Shown piece after piece: positions 36,422 to 37,663 of a stretch of 37,663 nucleotides of DNA (its first letter is position 1; the number at the start of each line of letters is the position of its first letter). The notes beneath the pieces are model-generated. The model did no database searches. It worked only from the letters and a program-made list of their open reading frames with translations, and had not been told where the DNA came from. A program made the position numbers and the translations under genes. Source of the DNA: Holophagaceae bacterium (lineage in GTDB: Bacteria; Acidobacteriota; Holophagae; Holophagales; Holophagaceae); NCBI GenBank assembly GCA_003158505.1, contig PMJK01000047.1, positions 10,435 through 48,097 on the forward strand, read 5' to 3'.

Positions 36422-36775
36422 CTAGGGTCCGACGGCTATCCTCCGCCCTCTCCCATCCGTCAACGCCACTTCCTTCAGGCGGGCGGGGGCGGGAACGAAG
36501 GGAGTGAGTTCAGCCAGAAGCCGCCGGGCCAGGGCCAGGGGCCCGTCGAGGCCCAGGTCCGAAAGCAGCCGTCCCTGCAGGGGCGCCAGACTGCGGTCCA
36601 GGGCGGTCTCCAGCTCCCGGAAGTCCACCACCACGTCGAAACCGTCCAGGCCCTGCCGCGCAGCCACCACTTCCACGGTGTAGTCGTGCCCCTCCCAACG
36701 GTCGCCTACCTTGAAGACCACCGACAGGGGGCGGGTCACGGCGGCTTCAAAGTAAAGGGGGGAGATGCTTCCCAA
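36422..36775 (-). CDS. 6-pyruvoyl-tetrahydropterin synthase/QueD-like T-fold protein, degenerate
   Basis: GHDYTVEV, LD...VVDFREL; TTG start after GGAG; lacks most catalytic residues. Confidence 0.65.
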   Translation of the reverse strand: MGSISPLYFEAAVTRPLSVVFKVGDRWEGHDYTVEVVAARQGLDGFDVVVDFRELETALDRSLAPLQGRLLSDLGLDGPLALARRLLAELTPFVPAPARLKEVALTDGRGRRIAVGP

Positions 36776-36922
36776 GACTGACTCCAGGTCGGGCCTTCAG
36801 TTTGTCATGGCCACGGCTACACTGGGCCTTCGACCGCATACCCGATAACCAGGTGAGACAATTAAAAGACCTCGGCCTCGTCCCAGGGACTGTTCTGACC
36901 GTTGATCGCAAGGAGGGACCCC

Positions 36923-37663
36923 ATGAAGGCCCTGGAAATCGCGCTGTTCTGGATCATGACCCTGGCCGCGGGCGGGTTCTTCCTTTGGACCATGCGCCAG
37001 CGGCTGGCCACGCTCAAGGCGGGCCTGCCGGACAACCGCTTCGACCAGCCCTGGGAACGGATGAAGGGCATCTTCACCCTGGTCCTGGGCCAGAAGCGGC
37101 TGCTGAGGGACAAGTACGCCGGCATCTACCACATCCTGATCTTCTACGGGTTCTGTGTGCTGAGCCTACGCTCGCTGGGGCTCATCGCCGAGGGGCTCTT
37201 CCCGGCCTTCCACATGACCGAGGCCCTGGGTGGCTTCGGCCTGGGCTATCAGGCCACCAAGGATGTGTTCGAGGTGCTGGTGCTCCTGGGCCTGGGCCTC
37301 TCCACCTTTCGGCGCCTGGTGATCAAACCCTGGCGCCTGGAGAACTCCGCGGATGCCTGGGCCACCCTGGGCCTCATCGGTGGCCTCATGATCACGGACC
37401 TGCTGGCGGACGGTGCCTTCGTGGCCATGAATCATCCCGCCTGGGCCTCCTGGTCACCGGCAGGGGCCCTGGTCGCCGGATGGCTGGCCGGACTGAGCCA
37501 GGGCGGGGCGCTCGCCCTCTTCAAGACCATGTGGTGGCTGCACCTGGCGATCCTCTACACCTTCGCCAACTTCCTGCCCTACTCCAAGCACTTCCACGTG
37601 TTCACCTCGGTCTTCAACATCTACTTCCGCGACCTGGAGCCCAACAAGAACCTCAAGCCCATG
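36923..37663 (+). CDS. Membrane-bound Fe-S oxidoreductase (FadF / HdrED-like), 5' part, truncated by window end
   Basis: AAGGAGG then ATG 36923, open to the end: MKALEIALF..GQKRLL..AGIYHILIFYGF..WWLHLA..FLPYSKHFHVF..NIYF; these TM motifs precede the ferredoxin and CCG domains in this family. Not in the ORF track because it has no stop. Confidence 0.8.
   Translation, partial: MKALEIALFWIMTLAAGGFFLWTMRQRLATLKAGLPDNRFDQPWERMKGIFTLVLGQKRLLRDKYAGIYHILIFYGFCVLSLRSLGLIAEGLFPAFHMTEALGGFGLGYQATKDVFEVLVLLGLGLSTFRRLVIKPWRLENSADAWATLGLIGGLMITDLLADGAFVAMNHPAWASWSPAGALVAGWLAGLSQGGALALFKTMWWLHLAILYTFANFLPYSKHFHVFTSVFNIYFRDLEPNKNLKPM

Noticed and set aside
1-37663. CRISPR array, rRNA, transposase or integrase genes
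   Set aside because: No regularly spaced repeats or corresponding motifs seen by eye.

Overview
GC-rich bacterial chromosomal window, mostly housekeeping and accessory genes; gene content and style suggest an anaerobic/facultative Acidobacteriota (Holophagae, Geothrix-like) organism, but that is inference. Left to right: 3' end of a probable ftsE, engB/yihA, a VanZ-LpxH-like fusion, exported GlcG/HbpS and MEMO1-like proteins, a heme-c (CxxCH) hybrid sensor kinase, DUF218 and EamA genes, tRNA-Glu(CTC) and tRNA-Gln(CTG), a tightly coupled five-gene operon (two hypotheticals, two FHA-GGDEF diguanylate cyclases, a Hanks-type Ser/Thr kinase), a 52-bp MITE-like element, pepF, nrfHA (with a CxxCH rather than CxxCK first heme motif), a beta-propeller sensor kinase, an M20 amidohydrolase, an AT-rich patch encoding a PIN-like protein directly behind a WYL regulator, chrA, a DUF4382-type lipoprotein, murA-gpt-prs plus a PKS-type methyltransferase, DUF1579, satP plus a stand-alone Cache protein, EamA, signal peptidase I, a degenerate QueD-like gene and the 5' part of a membrane Fe-S oxidoreductase. 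Best candidates for an undescribed system: (1) the kinase/FHA-GGDEF operon, which looks like a phosphothreonine-gated c-di-GMP circuit with two unknown partners, and (2) the WYL + AT-rich PIN-like locus with integron-cassette-like GTTRRRY junctions, a candidate defence/toxin slot. All assignments are from motif recognition by eye; no searches were run.
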